From assembly GCA_044892525.1 (NCBI GenBank), contig CM097885.1, positions 21,764,001 through 21,828,000 of the forward strand: DNA of 64,000 bases, read 5' to 3'. Within the stretch, counting starts at the first letter, position 1; each line of letters starts with the position of its first letter. A program made the translations under genes and the position numbers. Positions 14,732-59,114 of this stretch are shown piece after piece. This stretch comes from Schmidtea polychroa. Its lineage: Eukaryota. A model generated the notes under the pieces. The model was given only the letters and a program-made list of their open reading frames with translations, did no database searches and was not told where the DNA came from.

Positions 14732-15143
14732 TTAACCATCAAATTTTTTATACAACAACCATGCCAAACAGTGTTGACCACATGTTTGAGTCAATGGATT
14801 TTGAAACATAGTTTTATTATATACAATAGGTTTCCCAATTGTTTGAAGTTTTGATATCAACAAAGCAGGATAATAGAAACCCATAGGATCGAATACGAAT
14901 ATATTACTAGGTTTCACATATATAGCTATCCAATGTTCTCCACCAAGATGAGACGAATGAGTATTGACGATTATGGCTTGATTATTGCTCAAATAAGGAA
15001 TTTTATCGAGAGGAAAAACACCTACAAATTCATTTCCTAATATTTGTTTTCCAATTCGATTAACCTGAACAGAACTACTTTAATAAAATTAAACAGTATC
15101 AAAAAACTTACTCCATGACAACTTTTTGTGTTTCTGTATACAT
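14732..15143 (-). CDS. Adenain-type (C5) cysteine maturation protease, probably two exons
   Basis: FVGVFPLD, VNTHSSHLGGEHWIA, FDPMG, QNPLTQTCGQHC (His/Asp/Cys/Gln). An ATG is reachable only by removing intron 15075-15111. Stop overlaps AATAAA. Confidence 0.85.
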
Positions 15144-16367
15144 TTATACTAGCACGGTTCTATTTGCAGTAATTTGAACTTCATTTTCAAATACTCCATA
15201 TATTATAACATGTACCGGTTCAGTAATGGCCTTTGCAAACTTAATATCCAGTCGTAAATTTCCGTTTTGTGGTAGTTGACTCTGATTTAAATCAAAATCG
15301 GGAGCTAAAACAAATGTGAAAAATGGATATTTGCTTTTAAATTCTTCTAGAGTTATTCCACAATTCAAGTTTTTATCTAAGTAACCCAGATTTTTAACAA
15401 TACTCTGCATATATGTCGCACAGTAATTATCGCTTTCGAAATCTTGAGTATATGTTTCTCTATAATCAGTATTTTTCGACAAAGTCAATGAAGTAACACC
15501 AAAATTTTTGAAAATTGAGCTGGAAGCAGTATAAGATCCATTATATTGCGTTTCACTTTGAAATGTTACCAGAATAAAATTAGGCATTCTTCTGTCACCA
15601 AATATTTGTTCTTTATAGAATGATGAAGCACCTTTAGCAATAGCAAATTGTACAATTTCCTTTGTTTTTAAAGGATAAATTGCATGTTTTGAATTAAGAC
15701 CCAATTGATGACCAGGTAATACTGACGGGTCTACTCGAACTCTTCTCACCAATAATTTTGCATCAACTAATTGCCATATTGGTGCACCAGTAGCACTAGT
15801 AAGAGATAATGCAGAATCGGACCTTTTCAATCTAATATGTATATTAACTCCTGGTAGTAAATATTTCGGTTGATCCATAAAATCAAGTTGTAATGATGAG
15901 CACATAGTGAATACTTTTGAACCTTTAACCCACTTTTTTCTTTCATCATCTGTTGCTGCATAACCCATAGGTGTAAGACAGGTATCTTTAGTATCGGAAT
16001 TGTAATTTAAAATAGTTTCTATCAAAGCCTTGTGAATGAATGTATTATTTCCGCCCTCAATCTTGATATTATTAAATCCCAACACTGCATCTTTAAACAG
16101 AGTATGAAACAGGAAATTGTTTGGTAATACATCTGCATTGGCATCCAAAACTTTTCTATCTTTATCTACAACTTTGATCTGAACAGTCAATAAAGTATCG
16201 TTCAAATCTAAATATTCAGTTTGCGAACCATTAATATAAAACTCGATATCATTTCTACTATCAGTAATCGAATTCATAGGAAAAACTTCTTCAAATGCTC
16301 CAAATTCTATTACAGCCTGGGGCGATGGTCTATCAAATATACATAATTCGGATTTACCACAAATCAT
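15144..16367 (-). CDS. Polinton major capsid protein (double jelly-roll, hexon-like), 407 aa, intact
   Basis: KSELCIF..P..Q, IEFYING..EYLDL..TLL, DF..QPKYLLPGV, GNLRLDIKF are typical of Polinton MCP. Confidence 0.9.
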   Translation of the reverse strand: MICGKSELCIFDRPSPQAVIEFGAFEEVFPMNSITDSRNDIEFYINGSQTEYLDLNDTLLTVQIKVVDKDRKVLDANADVLPNNFLFHTLFKDAVLGFNNIKIEGGNNTFIHKALIETILNYNSDTKDTCLTPMGYAATDDERKKWVKGSKVFTMCSSLQLDFMDQPKYLLPGVNIHIRLKRSDSALSLTSATGAPIWQLVDAKLLVRRVRVDPSVLPGHQLGLNSKHAIYPLKTKEIVQFAIAKGASSFYKEQIFGDRRMPNFILVTFQSETQYNGSYTASSSIFKNFGVTSLTLSKNTDYRETYTQDFESDNYCATYMQSIVKNLGYLDKNLNCGITLEEFKSKYPFFTFVLAPDFDLNQSQLPQNGNLRLDIKFAKAITEPVHVIIYGVFENEVQITANRTVLV

Positions 16368-16658
16368 TTTGCAAATATAGTTCCATGTCCTTTCATTCGT
16401 TTGTTTATACGTGATATTCCATGTCCTTTACGTTTTGGAGCTGGGGCTGGAGGCGTATCTTTTTGAAACATACCAGCAACTCCAGGTAGAACCTTACCTA
16501 ATTCAGCTAAAGCATTTGTTTTTGGGGATGGTAATATTTTCTGTTCATTCATAATCACATCTTTTGCAGTTTTCATACCAAAACTAACCAATAAAATATG
16601 GTAATTCACCGCCAGATTGGCTATCACTATTCATACTAATAATATCGGAATTAGCCAT
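16364..16658 (-). pseudogene. Small basic core protein with protease cleavage motifs, frameshifted or internally deleted
   Basis: ATG at 16658 gives MANSDIISMNSDSQSGGELPYFIG*. A different frame continues FGMKTAKDV...KRKGHG...MKGHGTIFAK*. Confidence 0.7.
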
Positions 16659-17663
16659 CTACTTTACGAAAATGTAGTGTCAAATGAGTTTTTGAGTCTT
16701 TTGGGAAGTTTATAAGTTTTCCACTATCGTCACGAATATTTATTTCTATATTGTTTATACATGAGCTTGAAATTGGTAAATACATGGGATTATCTATATT
16801 TATATTGACAACTTCATCATGTTCATATTTTCCAATCCACACCGATTTCAATAGAGGAACACTGGAATCACCAACAATTATAGGCTTAATAATATTAGTA
16901 TATATGAACATTTGTTGATGATGTTCAAGTATTCTTGGTTTACGTATACCAGCCGATTTTTCCCGATATTGCTGCTTCTCTAATCCAAGTGTATTTGTCA
17001 AATTTTTATCAAATGTAACTTCGCAAATATCATCATTCAAACTGAATGTAAACATCAAATCTTTCACAATGTCCAAACTTTTAAATATGTGTGAACAATT
17101 GTACTTTAAATATTTAAGTAATACATCAAGTTTATCAATATATAATTCGTCAGCGAAGGTGAATGATTCTTCAACTTCATTATTATACGACACTGATATT
17201 TTGATTTCTTCTCTCATTACACTGTTTGCTTCAAATAGATCAAAGCGTAATAAATATTCTGTTTCCATAACTTCATTTTTCAACTTATTGCAGCCCATTC
17301 GTCTGGCATCTTCAATATATTCGAATGTTATTGTAAATGGTTTAAAATCACAACTGATATTTAATCCATCCTTGTAAAACATAGAGCAATGCGGATCTAA
17401 TATTTGATTCGGAATATGATATGTTTTATCATAATTACTGATAATAAAGATACCACTACATGTTTTCATAGCATTCCTTTTGAAATCAATCTTACATTGA
17501 CTATAAAATGGGAATGTATTGTACACGAATGTAAAATCTTGCAGTGCAACTTCCCAGTCACCATTTAAAGAAATCGGATTCTGGAGATTGACCATGAATT
17601 TACTGGCTTGATTATCTGGATGAATAAGCGGGCAACTATTGCTTGGTAAAATAGTATAAAAAT

Positions 17664-17667
<4 letters not shown>
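16651..17667 (-). CDS. Polinton minor capsid protein (penton); start probably GTG at 17667 (mutated ATGA overlap) or upstream ATGs at 17694/17718
   Basis: FYTILPSNS..N..SKF..L..L.GDWEVAL; IYTNII..VGDSSVPLL; PMYLPI..IEINIRD.SG..INF..LTLHF. Confidence 0.85.
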
Positions 17668-18393
<726 letters not shown>

Positions 18394-19029
18394 TTTGCAT
18401 AATAATGATAATTATGGTTATAATAATATTCAATGAAAAAGGTAGAAAGTAAAATTTAGAAATTCTGTTAGTGTTGTCTTTTAGCGTTTATTTTAAAGAA
18501 ATTTCTGGTACTTCCTTGTCAAAATGACTGTTGTAAAAGTTTTGCACTTTCCATAATAATATATTTATGAAGAAGTATATTCAAATAGTTTGAGAATGTG
18601 TAATAATCATTATTGGAAATATTTCCCAGATTATCTGTTAGAGTGGCTTAGGCGATTAAATTTATTTGTAATAAAGAATAATAATCTATTTTTATTTCTT
18701 TTTAAACCATTACTGCTAAAAGATAAGTCCAGAGTCACACATTTTAAAATTCGATTTCATTGAATAAATCGGAATTTCTAAAATGAGATAAAATTAAACT
18801 TTCTGAGTCAAATTGTGTGTCAATTATTAAATTATAATATATAATGTTGCAATTCTTTGAATTTAAATTTATTAAAATAGCTGAGTGTATTTTTATTAAA
18901 GTCAATTGCATTTTCTTGCGTTTATTTATATTCATCAGTCAATAGAGCAGTTATATAAATAGCCCTATCAAACATGCCATTGATATTGATAACTTTTTTA
19001 CATGCACTTGTTAGTGATTGAGGTGACAT

Positions 19030-19475
19030 CACAGCCGACTCAGAGATCGGGACTTCGGGGATTATTCCCGAGGCCCGGTGCTTTCATATATAGTACTGAG
19101 AATTATGCTAACAGCGCTTATTTTAGTATCTTCCTCCGAACCATGCAACAAGATAGGTTAGAGGGGGTGTCTATGTTGTCAATAGAGCATGAAGTAACAA
19201 AACAAATAAATTTTGGTGATATTATCGAGGAATTAGCAGTAAAAAAAGTTTGAACGAAATAAGAATAAAAAATATTATGTTTATGAATATTTATATATTT
19301 ATATATATATGAATATTTATATATTTATATGTTTATATTATTGAATATATTGAAGAAATAAATATTTCATTAAATAAATTGATAAAATTATGTTCATGTA
19401 TCATTTCTTCCTTTTTGGGAAGGAGCCCCGTATACAATATTTCCCGAGGATACACAAGACCAACAGCCGGTCTTG
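19030..19475 (+). mobile_element. Non-autonomous hAT derivative retaining the transposase C-terminus
   Basis: LRTMQQDRLEGVSMLSIEHE..INFGDIIEELAVKK. Degenerate CA..CCG/CCGG..TG ends. Imperfect 8-bp TSD GGTGACAT/TGTGACAA. Confidence 0.65.
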
Positions 19476-19894
19476 TGTGACAAAATGGTTTTTTTCTAAA
19501 TCTATCAATTTTTATATAATTTAATTTCGTTTAGAATTTTCAATCATTGTTTCTATTTACTTGAAATTGATCAAAAATATTAAATGCCCAAAAATCAAAA
19601 TTAAACTTTAATTAAATAAAAAATAAATAAAATTCAAAATATAATGCAAATTGTTATTTTGAATCCTTCAAAAAATGATCTATCTCGGATACTTCTTCTG
19701 TGATCTATTACAATAATGGTTTTTCATTTCCTATGTTATTTAATCCATTTCAATTAATAGTTTCATAATTTGCTAATTAGAGTTTCAATTAGCATTTTCT
19801 CGAAAGTATCTTCTATTTTAAGAGTAATTATTTAATTCAATAAATTTAATCGATTAGATTTTTGAAAACCATTGATCCAAAATTGTTGATTTAA

Positions 19895-20186
19895 CCTTTT
19901 CGCGACGTGCTTTTTTCCTATTAACTTTGATTATAAGACTGACAGTTTTCGAGGTTTTCGGAATCGTACGGTTCGTGTGCCCATTATGAAATAAGAACTA
20001 ATACTGCCAGATTTAAACATGACAAATAAAATGACAGAAGTTTAAACTTACATATAAACATATCTAACACACAAAACGGAAACGTCCGGCATTCGTCGCT
20101 TAAATATAATGAAATCAGATAAATACGGTCTTGGGCTATTTATCACGATTTGTTTACGGCATTATACATTCTTCATCGCGAAAAGG
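19895..20186. mobile_element. piggyBac-type MITE
   Basis: TTAA on both sides; TIR CCTTTTCGCGA. Confidence 0.85.
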
Positions 20187-20300
20187 TTAAAAGGTTTTCA
20201 AGCTGTTTAGTTATTCTTTATTTCATATTATATAACGGTTAGTACCGTTAATTTATGAATATATAAATCTTTCTCGGGTATTATATAATTTGATTTGCAG

Positions 20301-22778
<2,478 letters not shown>

Positions 22779-22974
22779 TAGTGCTAATGAGATTATTGTT
22801 TTTTGTTGTATTGATTGATTGAGTTGTGTTGTTTTCCCAATCTATTGAGATTCGTGTGATTCATTAGATTATATTATATTTGTATATGAGTGCTCACATA
22901 TTATATTTATCGGAGGAAATCTAATGATTATTGTTGTTATTATTAATATTAAAGTACAGCTTAACACAGTAATA

Positions 22975-23277
22975 GAGATGCAGACATTTCCAATGCCAAA
23001 CATAGACGAAATATTAGATTTGTTAGGAGGATCCATTTATTTTAGCTCAATCGACCTTGGTAATGCATATAATGCAGACGAAGAAGAGCAAGAGAAAACA
23101 GCCTTCTCAACAAAGAAAGGCCAATACTGTTTCATTAGAATGCCGTTCGGAATTGCTGCAGCACCAGGTACGTTTCACGAAATGATGACAAAGGTAATAG
23201 GCAAAATAAATGGAGCAATGGTGTATTTGGATGGCATACTGATTTATTCGAGCAGCAAAGAAACCCGTTTTGAGTAG
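22975..23277 (+). mobile_element. Ty3/gypsy reverse transcriptase fragment
   Basis: FPMPNIDEILD, FSSIDLGNAY, KTAFST..GQY.F.RMPFG, VYLDG (degenerate YLDD). Confidence 0.85.
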
Positions 23278-23715
23278 TCATTCTTCACCAGTAATTCAAC
23301 TAATTTATCTACACTTTTTACTGAATTTTTAAAGTGGAAGATGATCGTGATACCATGATCGATAAACCAATCCTTTTACCATGTTTCTTTTATATTTAAA
23401 TTCACAAAAACTCTCTGTGGTAGTATAGAGGCCGGTATCTGTTGGTTTTCTGTAAATTTCTGTCTCATATTGTTATTCTTTGCGTTTAATTAACAAGTCA
23501 AGAAATGCTATGGATGAATCCTTCTCAGTTTCACATGTTCCTTATTTTTAAATATTAGAAAAATATCATAAAAAAATACCTTTAATACACAATTGGTTTT
23601 TCACATTGAAAAGAAGCAATTTTCTTTTCTAAACATGCCAAAAATATTGACGCCATTGTTGGTGCTAAGGGCGAACCCATAGCCACTGCATCAATTTGTT
23701 CATACCATTCATTAA
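23278..23715 (-). mobile_element. Penelope-like retroelement RT fragment
   Basis: Minus strand reads YEQIDAVAMGSPLAPTMASIF and SIAFLDLLI..YETEIYRKPTDTGLY..YKRNMVKGLVYRS, with stops. Confidence 0.8.
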
Positions 23716-24498
23716 CTACTTTGTTTCAAGGCATTCCATATCAAGCATATTCTGGTAGTCAATATGGTTGCCTTCAATAATTTGTTCGGTCCGATTGATT
23801 AGGAAACTGAGGCTTCCATAATGTTTCTGTTGATGAGCTCGTTTAACAAGTTTTCTATGAAATTTGTTTGAGACATATTTTATAGTAATTAAAAATATAA
23901 TGTTTTAGTAATAATGTTTATGAATCTGATTGGTTGATAAACTATAAATGTAAAACATAATAAATTTGATTTGATACAATATGAATACAATATTTCTATT
24001 GGTAATCAGATAATGTATGTGTGCTCACACAATACAACAATAACGGTGGAGACTTCAAATAAATCAATACGTGTCTGTCCAAATACCGCCAAGTTGATGG
24101 ATATTTTAACTATTATTGATGGACCAGACTGGTTAAAACCTCCAGGAAAAAGAATATCCGAAAGATTGGAGAATTTAGAAAATAGCCATGAATATATACA
24201 AAAGATAAAACTTAATTTACTTGATCATATTGATGATTTCAAAAAATCAATTGTTGAAAATAAAAGGAATATGAAAATTATTGATAAGAAACATGATCAT
24301 ATGTTAAGAAATATTGAATTAATAATAAGCGAAATTCAAACAATCAAAGGATCAATAGAAAATCTGAAAAACAATTCAATGTTGCCAGTTTCAAACACTA
24401 TGGTAGCGAATATGAGTACATCAATATTTAGATTACCATTGTTAATTTTAAATTATTTTATTGTTTAATAAATCTATTAATCTGTTTTATTGAATTAC

Positions 24499-24576
<78 letters not shown>

Positions 24577-25135
24577 CCCTTTTGAGTTGTTGAGTGTGAA
24601 CAATACCCACAGGGGGATAAAATATTTTGTCGAATAAACTCTGACTATATATAATAAAACTATATATAATAATAACTCCCGCGCGCGTAAATTTGAATTT
24701 CAAAGGCCTTTTATAGGTTGAGAACATACCATATACCTTCGATGGTATGACCATCATACTTACCTTTGAATTACCTTTTGTTTGATATGTATATTATAAG
24801 ATTTTAAAAATTTTGAACCTTGGACGTTTCAAGGTTATGACCTTCGAACTCACAATCAAAAGTCCTTTTGAATGATATATATTATAAGGTTTAAAAAATA
24901 TTTAAGTTTGGACACCATTTGAAGGTTATTGACCCTGCATAAACCTCCGAGGGTATGACCATCATACTTGCCTCTCAAATACCTTACGAATGATATATAT
25001 TAAAAGGTTTGAAAAAATTCGAAGGTTTTTGACTTTTTGAAGGTTGAGGACACACTATATACCTTCGACGGCATGACCATTGGAGAGAGCTCTTCAAGAT
25101 CTTTCGAATGATACCCATAAAGACCTTTAATATAT
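23716..25135 (+). mobile_element. Fragment of Polinton family A subterminal region with probable accessory ORFs
   Basis: Contains the 75-bp motif (24575-24646), CCCGCGCG and the ~120-bp repeats seen at 2345-2612. Inclusion of the ORFs left of 24500 is inferred from adjacency. Confidence 0.55.
23981..24468 (+). pseudogene. Hypothetical coiled-coil protein, possibly with a frameshifted signal peptide and hydrophobic C-tail
   Basis: ATTGG and TATAAA upstream. MNTIFLLVI reads into IMYVCSHNTT after one frameshift. Heptad-rich core; AATAAA at the stop. Confidence 0.4.
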
Positions 25136-25149
25136 AAATTTGAAAAATT

Positions 25150-26650
25150 TTTAAATTTAAAATTTAGTGAAGGGCGTATAGAATAGAATTCTACCTGGAT
25201 ACATTTTCTACTCGAGAATTCGGGACTATGTAACAAGTGCAAAAGATGTAGCAAGGAAATTAAAACAATGAAAGGTTCAACAAGTGTAGTTCATAAACAT
25301 TTAAGAACTTCTCATAGTAGTAATCTTTTGAAGAGAATCTCACTAGAAACAGTTCCTCCAACCTCATCCAGTGGATCTATCAACCAGAATCCTCTAAAAT
25401 CAAAGCTTAATGACTATTTGATTATTAATGATGAAGAATCCTTTGCAGCTGTTATATTGAAATTGACAGCGGTTGATGTCATTCCATTTAGCATCTTTTT
25501 AACTTCAATTGAATTAAGAAAATCGCTTATGGCAGAAGTTTCCAGGTACCTAAATCCTCTTCCACAATATTTGAAATCGTTTTGAACTATGGAAAATCTA
25601 TCAAAGGAAAAGTGGCAACAGATATTTCTATCATAAAATTGCAAGAAAAAGGGTTGATTCTAACGCTAAGACATCTCTTAGAAACCGACGGTATATGTTT
25701 TTGAACTTACAAACATATGATCAATTTTGATCATGAATCATTAACAGCAGAAGGTTAAAATAATTAAAATTAGATCGTGATATTATTTGCAAAACATCAG
25801 ATGGTGCTTCTGTTCTACAAAAGGTTAGAAGACTAACCAAATGTCACAAACAAATTTTCTTTGCTAATGCAATTAATCTATCAGTAATAGATGTTTTGTA
25901 TAAATGTAAGCATTATGGAGGAACTGTGTCGTGTCACACTAAGAGAGAATTAAATAGCGATACTGATAGTGATATTGACAGTTCCGGCTTTCTCCATGAA
26001 TGGGCCCGGGTGCAAATATTTTTTTGGGACCCTCAACATAAAAAAGAATAGTAATACCAACGTAAACGTCCTTTTTAAAAAAAATTACTTAATTTTTGTA
26101 CAAATTTCTTTATAAGAAACTAATAAATTCATCAGTATTTAAAATAAAACATAAACAATACATAAAAAATAATTAACATTTACTAAACTTAACTTTTTTC
26201 TATGTAAAATATAATTTTTTTTCTCTTATTGGGGGTCCCTGTAAAAAGTGGGCCCCGGGTGCTCTGCAACCGCTGCACACCCCCCCCCCCCACAAGGCCG
26301 ACCATGGATATTGAAATTAGAGAAAATTTCGATGGTTTTGATGTTATTCCGTGAAATTGAAATTGAAATGAATTATCAGATGATTCACATCCGCTTATTA
26401 TTAAGGTACAAAAAGTAGTAGACCTTTTTGGCATTCTCCGGTATAAAATGAAACCAATCTTCAAAGCTGACCTTGTGAATGAGATGAATTTAATTCTGGA
26501 AACAAATTTGAAATAGTCTGTTTTTAATGTTGGAACGTTTCTACCAACTTAGAAATTGCATTTAAAGGGCATTATTAGATCTAAAATCTACAATTAATTT
26601 CAATGATTTGAAAAAATACCACTATCCATTCAAAATCGAATTCATTAAAA
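25150..26650 (+). mobile_element. Degraded hAT transposase (BED finger plus catalytic remnants)
   Basis: KCKRCSKEIKTMKGSTSVVHKHLRTSH; TSDGASVLQKV; many stops and frameshifts. Boundaries approximate. Confidence 0.7.
25979..26306. mobile_element. hAT-type MITE nested in the hAT remnant
   Basis: Perfect 8-bp TSD GATATTGA (25971-25978, 26307-26314); CA..CCGGCTT / AAGGCCG..TG ends. Confidence 0.8.
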
Positions 26651-27946
26651 GAAAAGCTAGTTGTAGCTATAAGTAATTAAATTGCACCAAATTATCATCA
26701 AATCTCAATACCGAAATTTGTTAAAGTTTTGCAAGCTCTAGTTATGACTACTCGACGAGTCCACTGTGGATATTGGACTCCTTGGACTTTAATCACGTTC
26801 AATAATCTGATCCTGATTCAACCCTAATAGATCTATTAACTTCGTTCTATTTAGCGTTTTTTCCAAAATATTCATTGAAATTATGACCTTTTAAAATAAT
26901 TTAGTTTTACAACCACAGACGAATGTAAGAGATTCCCTTCCCTGTCGTAGCCCATTATCAGTGTAATCTCAATTAGTTGAATCCTTTGCTTTGCCCTAGT
27001 ACCGTTTTATTGTTCTAGATCAGTGATTCTCAACCTGGGCGATATAAGAACATCTTAGAGTGGGCGAATATTTGACTATACGCTTTTAAGGGGCGATAAT
27101 TATTTTGCGTGAACGAAATAATTTTAAATACCCGCTTATAGTTATGGCTCATCCAATTTATATATAAGAGATTCCACTGCATTTTTATATTGCGTTGCGG
27201 CCGGGCATAATGTGGGCATATCTTTGATTCGCTTTGCGTGTTCAACGGTTTCAAACATTTATTCGAGTTTAGTCAAGAAGTCAGTAATAAGTAGTTAGTA
27301 ATAAGTAGTGTTCAATTTAATTTTAATGTTGTCTGTTGTGCTAACGCCATATAATTTCAATTATTTTTAAAATAAACGTATTTCATTTTGTTCTGTATAT
27401 CATAGGTAAGTTAATTATTACTTATACCTATTGATTTATAAAATGATTTTATTGATTTTATAAAATTTAACCTAGATGAACGAAACTGAATAAAAGTTCA
27501 TTTTAATCCAACATTAATGAATCCACTTCACATTCGTATGAATAGTAATAATAATAAAACTATTAATTTAATCATATTTAAAATCAAGAAAATTCCTGGC
27601 ATTTAATAAAATATTCTATATATTCCTATTATTTTTAAAAAGTAAATTTTCATCATTTTATTGTTATAATCTAATTTTTAGAAACTTTCAATGGAATACA
27701 CACAAAATTGCAATAAAATTTTCAATATTTAATTTTCTAAGAATTTTCCATTTATACTTAAATTTATTCTTTTAAAATATTTAAATGAGCAAAATTCTTG
27801 GCGATGATAAAGTAATAACAATTAAAAATTAACTGTGATTTCACAGTAGTTTATATTTTGTTATAAACATTTTTATTTTAAAGCGCCAATCTTAATTTAT
27901 TTGTTAAATACTGTTAAATAATTCATTTGAATATAATTTTCATTTT

Positions 27947-56455
<28,509 letters not shown>

Positions 56456-57109
56456 ACGTAAATCCGGATTTATTGATTGCTTTACATGATTTAATTTTGT
56501 TGAGATGTATTATTATTTTCTACTGAAATTTCTCTGAAAATTTATTTCCATTCACGATTTCTCCTGCGGTTTAGTTCATTTCCAAGATTTGTAAATTGAT
56601 TCTTTCAGAGATTCCGTAAAAATAAATTTGCGATTACTTTCCAAATTTTCAGTCCAATTCATTCGTGTTAGAAATTCAAATGGTGCTAAAATCGATGGAT
56701 AACGAATATTCCTAGCTCCTATTGATTGAGATTATAAAATTGAAATTATTTTAAAATTGTAGGATAACTGTAAATAATACCTATTTGAAATAATATTAAT
56801 GCATGTTGAATTTGTATGACTGAATATGTCTGGATGTCAAAGGTACGATATTGTATTATACATGTGTCATTAGAAAAGAAGTGTTAGACGCGCTTGAAAA
56901 TTTAAAAGTTGAAAATACTGGTAAAATGTTCAAATGAGAGCTTAGAAATATTAGGAAAATTTTGTTAAAATTAAATCAAGAAAAAAGGACGATTTCTTTA
57001 TAGTAAATAAAGTTTCGCCAAGTGTAATATTGAGCCCACGAATAATGATCAAATTAGTCGAGATATAACTTTGAATAAAATAATTATAGAATATGAAATA
57101 TATTTATGA

Positions 57110-57761
57110 AACATAAATGGGATGTAGGCAAAATGAATTTTGTAAAACATTGAATATTAACCAAAAGTGAATATATTGTTATTAATCCTATGTGCTAAAT
57201 ATTTCATCTAATTGAGAAAATTGGAAAAAAATATTAAAGATATTGAGGAAAACGGAATAATAAGTGAATGTGAGTCTCCTTGGAACTGACCTTTAGTGTG
57301 TTTAAAAAAAAGATGTTTAGATTTTAGAGCGTTAAATAGGATGATAGAAAGACTAATATTTTCAATTCTGAATACTCAACAAATATTAGATATTTTGTAT
57401 GACGCCGAATATTTAATCACTCTTGATTTAGGAAATACTTATTATCAAGTGAAGCTACAAGATAAATTTAGATTAAAAGCAGCATTTTTCACAAATAATA
57501 CTCAATATTGTTTTAAGCGTGTGCCTTTTTTTGGCATTGCAGCTGCGCCTACAACATTTCAAAAGTCATGAATAGAGCATTATGACTATCGAATTGAAAA
57601 TAAGATGTTGTTTATCTTGATGAGCATTAATATTTTTATCTTCTTTGTAAGAGCACTATAAGATAATTGGTAAAGTATTTCAGAGAATAAGTGATTCTGG
57701 GTTAAAGATAAGTCCAGAAAGATGTTATTTTATTAAAAAGCAGATAAAATGTTTAGGACAT
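57110..57761 (+). mobile_element. Gypsy RT remnant, cut by the LTR insertion
   Basis: GIISECESPWN, CLDFRALN, TLDLGNTYYQV, VVYLD, GLKISPERC..IKCLGH. Confidence 0.8.
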
Positions 57762-58767
57762 TGTTAGGTTGGTAAGTGGGTCGTGCGACTAACACACACT
57801 CTTTTGATCTGACTCCAAAGATTTATGTTCAAAAATGAGAACCCAACACTATTTGGTACGACAATTTATTCATGTGACTTTTATAGATACAAATATTATT
57901 TACAAAATAACAATAAAACTTGCTACCAAAAAACTTGTCGCAATTAAGAAAAGGTATCGGTTGTACAAAGCGTTCTCAGGTATTTCAAGGACGGCGAGTG
58001 CAGGATCTTAATTGATCGACAGCACCGCTCAACAATGACAGATAAAAGACAAGGGATGCCCGAAATTTAACACGATCTCTTACTACCCAGAATTTAGTAG
58101 TAACGTTTCCTAGATAACCTACCCTTTGCTATTTCAAATGGATTTACAAGCAAAATAGTTCCCCTAGAAAACTGATGCTTATTCCCAGTTATAATTTAAA
58201 CCTTACTAAAACTGTTACAATTGGTCTATCAAATACTTGATAACTAAATTCTATTTTTTTGAAAATATGGTTTTCGATTATCTTATGGTACTTATCGATA
58301 GCAAATGTTAATACCTTTTGATTATTTTGTTTTTATTTTGAACAATCTGCAAACAGTCTTGGCTCTCTTTCCAAAAATATAATAATAATAATTCTGACAA
58401 TTATAATTTCCAAGATTTGCTTCGAATTGACTATTGCTAATTAGATTTCCCTGGGATTTTACCTGTGATAGTTGTGACTAATTACTATATATAATTGCTC
58501 TCTAAAATAATTCTAAGCTGTTTTTAATCGTCCGTCTCTCCGAGAATTCTATTCTTTTTATATTAAATTTTAAAATTAAAAGTTCAATAAAAATTACTAT
58601 TTTTATTTTTTATTATTGTTGGGGTTACACCTCGGCTGACTACTCTACCATATTGTCTGGTCTAAGGGTTGATTGTCCATCTCGAATAAAATGTGCCGCC
58701 GCTTTGTCAACCTGGAGTGAAACCTTACATAACTTTCTTCCAGCATAGTGCCCGTGAATTACTTCAC

Positions 58768-58885
58768 GTTGGTACTGCACCATGCAGGCGAGACGCCAGC
58801 AAGCAGGTGAGCTTCTGCCTTAAAACTACTCCTTGCTGAGGCCTCGACTTCCCATTCCTGACTGCCGATAGAAGGGCTTACGTCC
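58768..58885 (-). ncRNA. Putative structured cis-acting RNA element, copy B, containing a 5' splice-site consensus (AC|GTAAGC at 58881)
   Basis: Same four blocks as 3250-3363; stems TCAGCAAG/CTTGCTGG and GAGGC/GTCTC. Confidence 0.55.
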
Positions 58886-59114
58886 ATTTCATTACACCAC
58901 CGGTTGCCAGAATTCCACGAGAATAAATCGGGGATTATTCGTTAACTCTCGAAGACGCTATATTCAACTTATTTAATTAAAATCTGACAGTTTATAAACG
59001 GAAGTAAACGACGAAATTTATTAGTATTCAATATTAATACACAAGGAGTTAATCGTACACATCACGAGTATTCGTGGAGAAAAAGAAATGTCACAATAAA
59101 TGCGATACGACTTC

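Noticed and set aside
58800..58835. Hairpin-ribozyme loop A (A^GUU/AGAA) or twister core in the structured motif
   Set aside because: AGAA is AGAG in copy A, helix 1 does not pair, and loop B and twister pseudoknot partners are missing.
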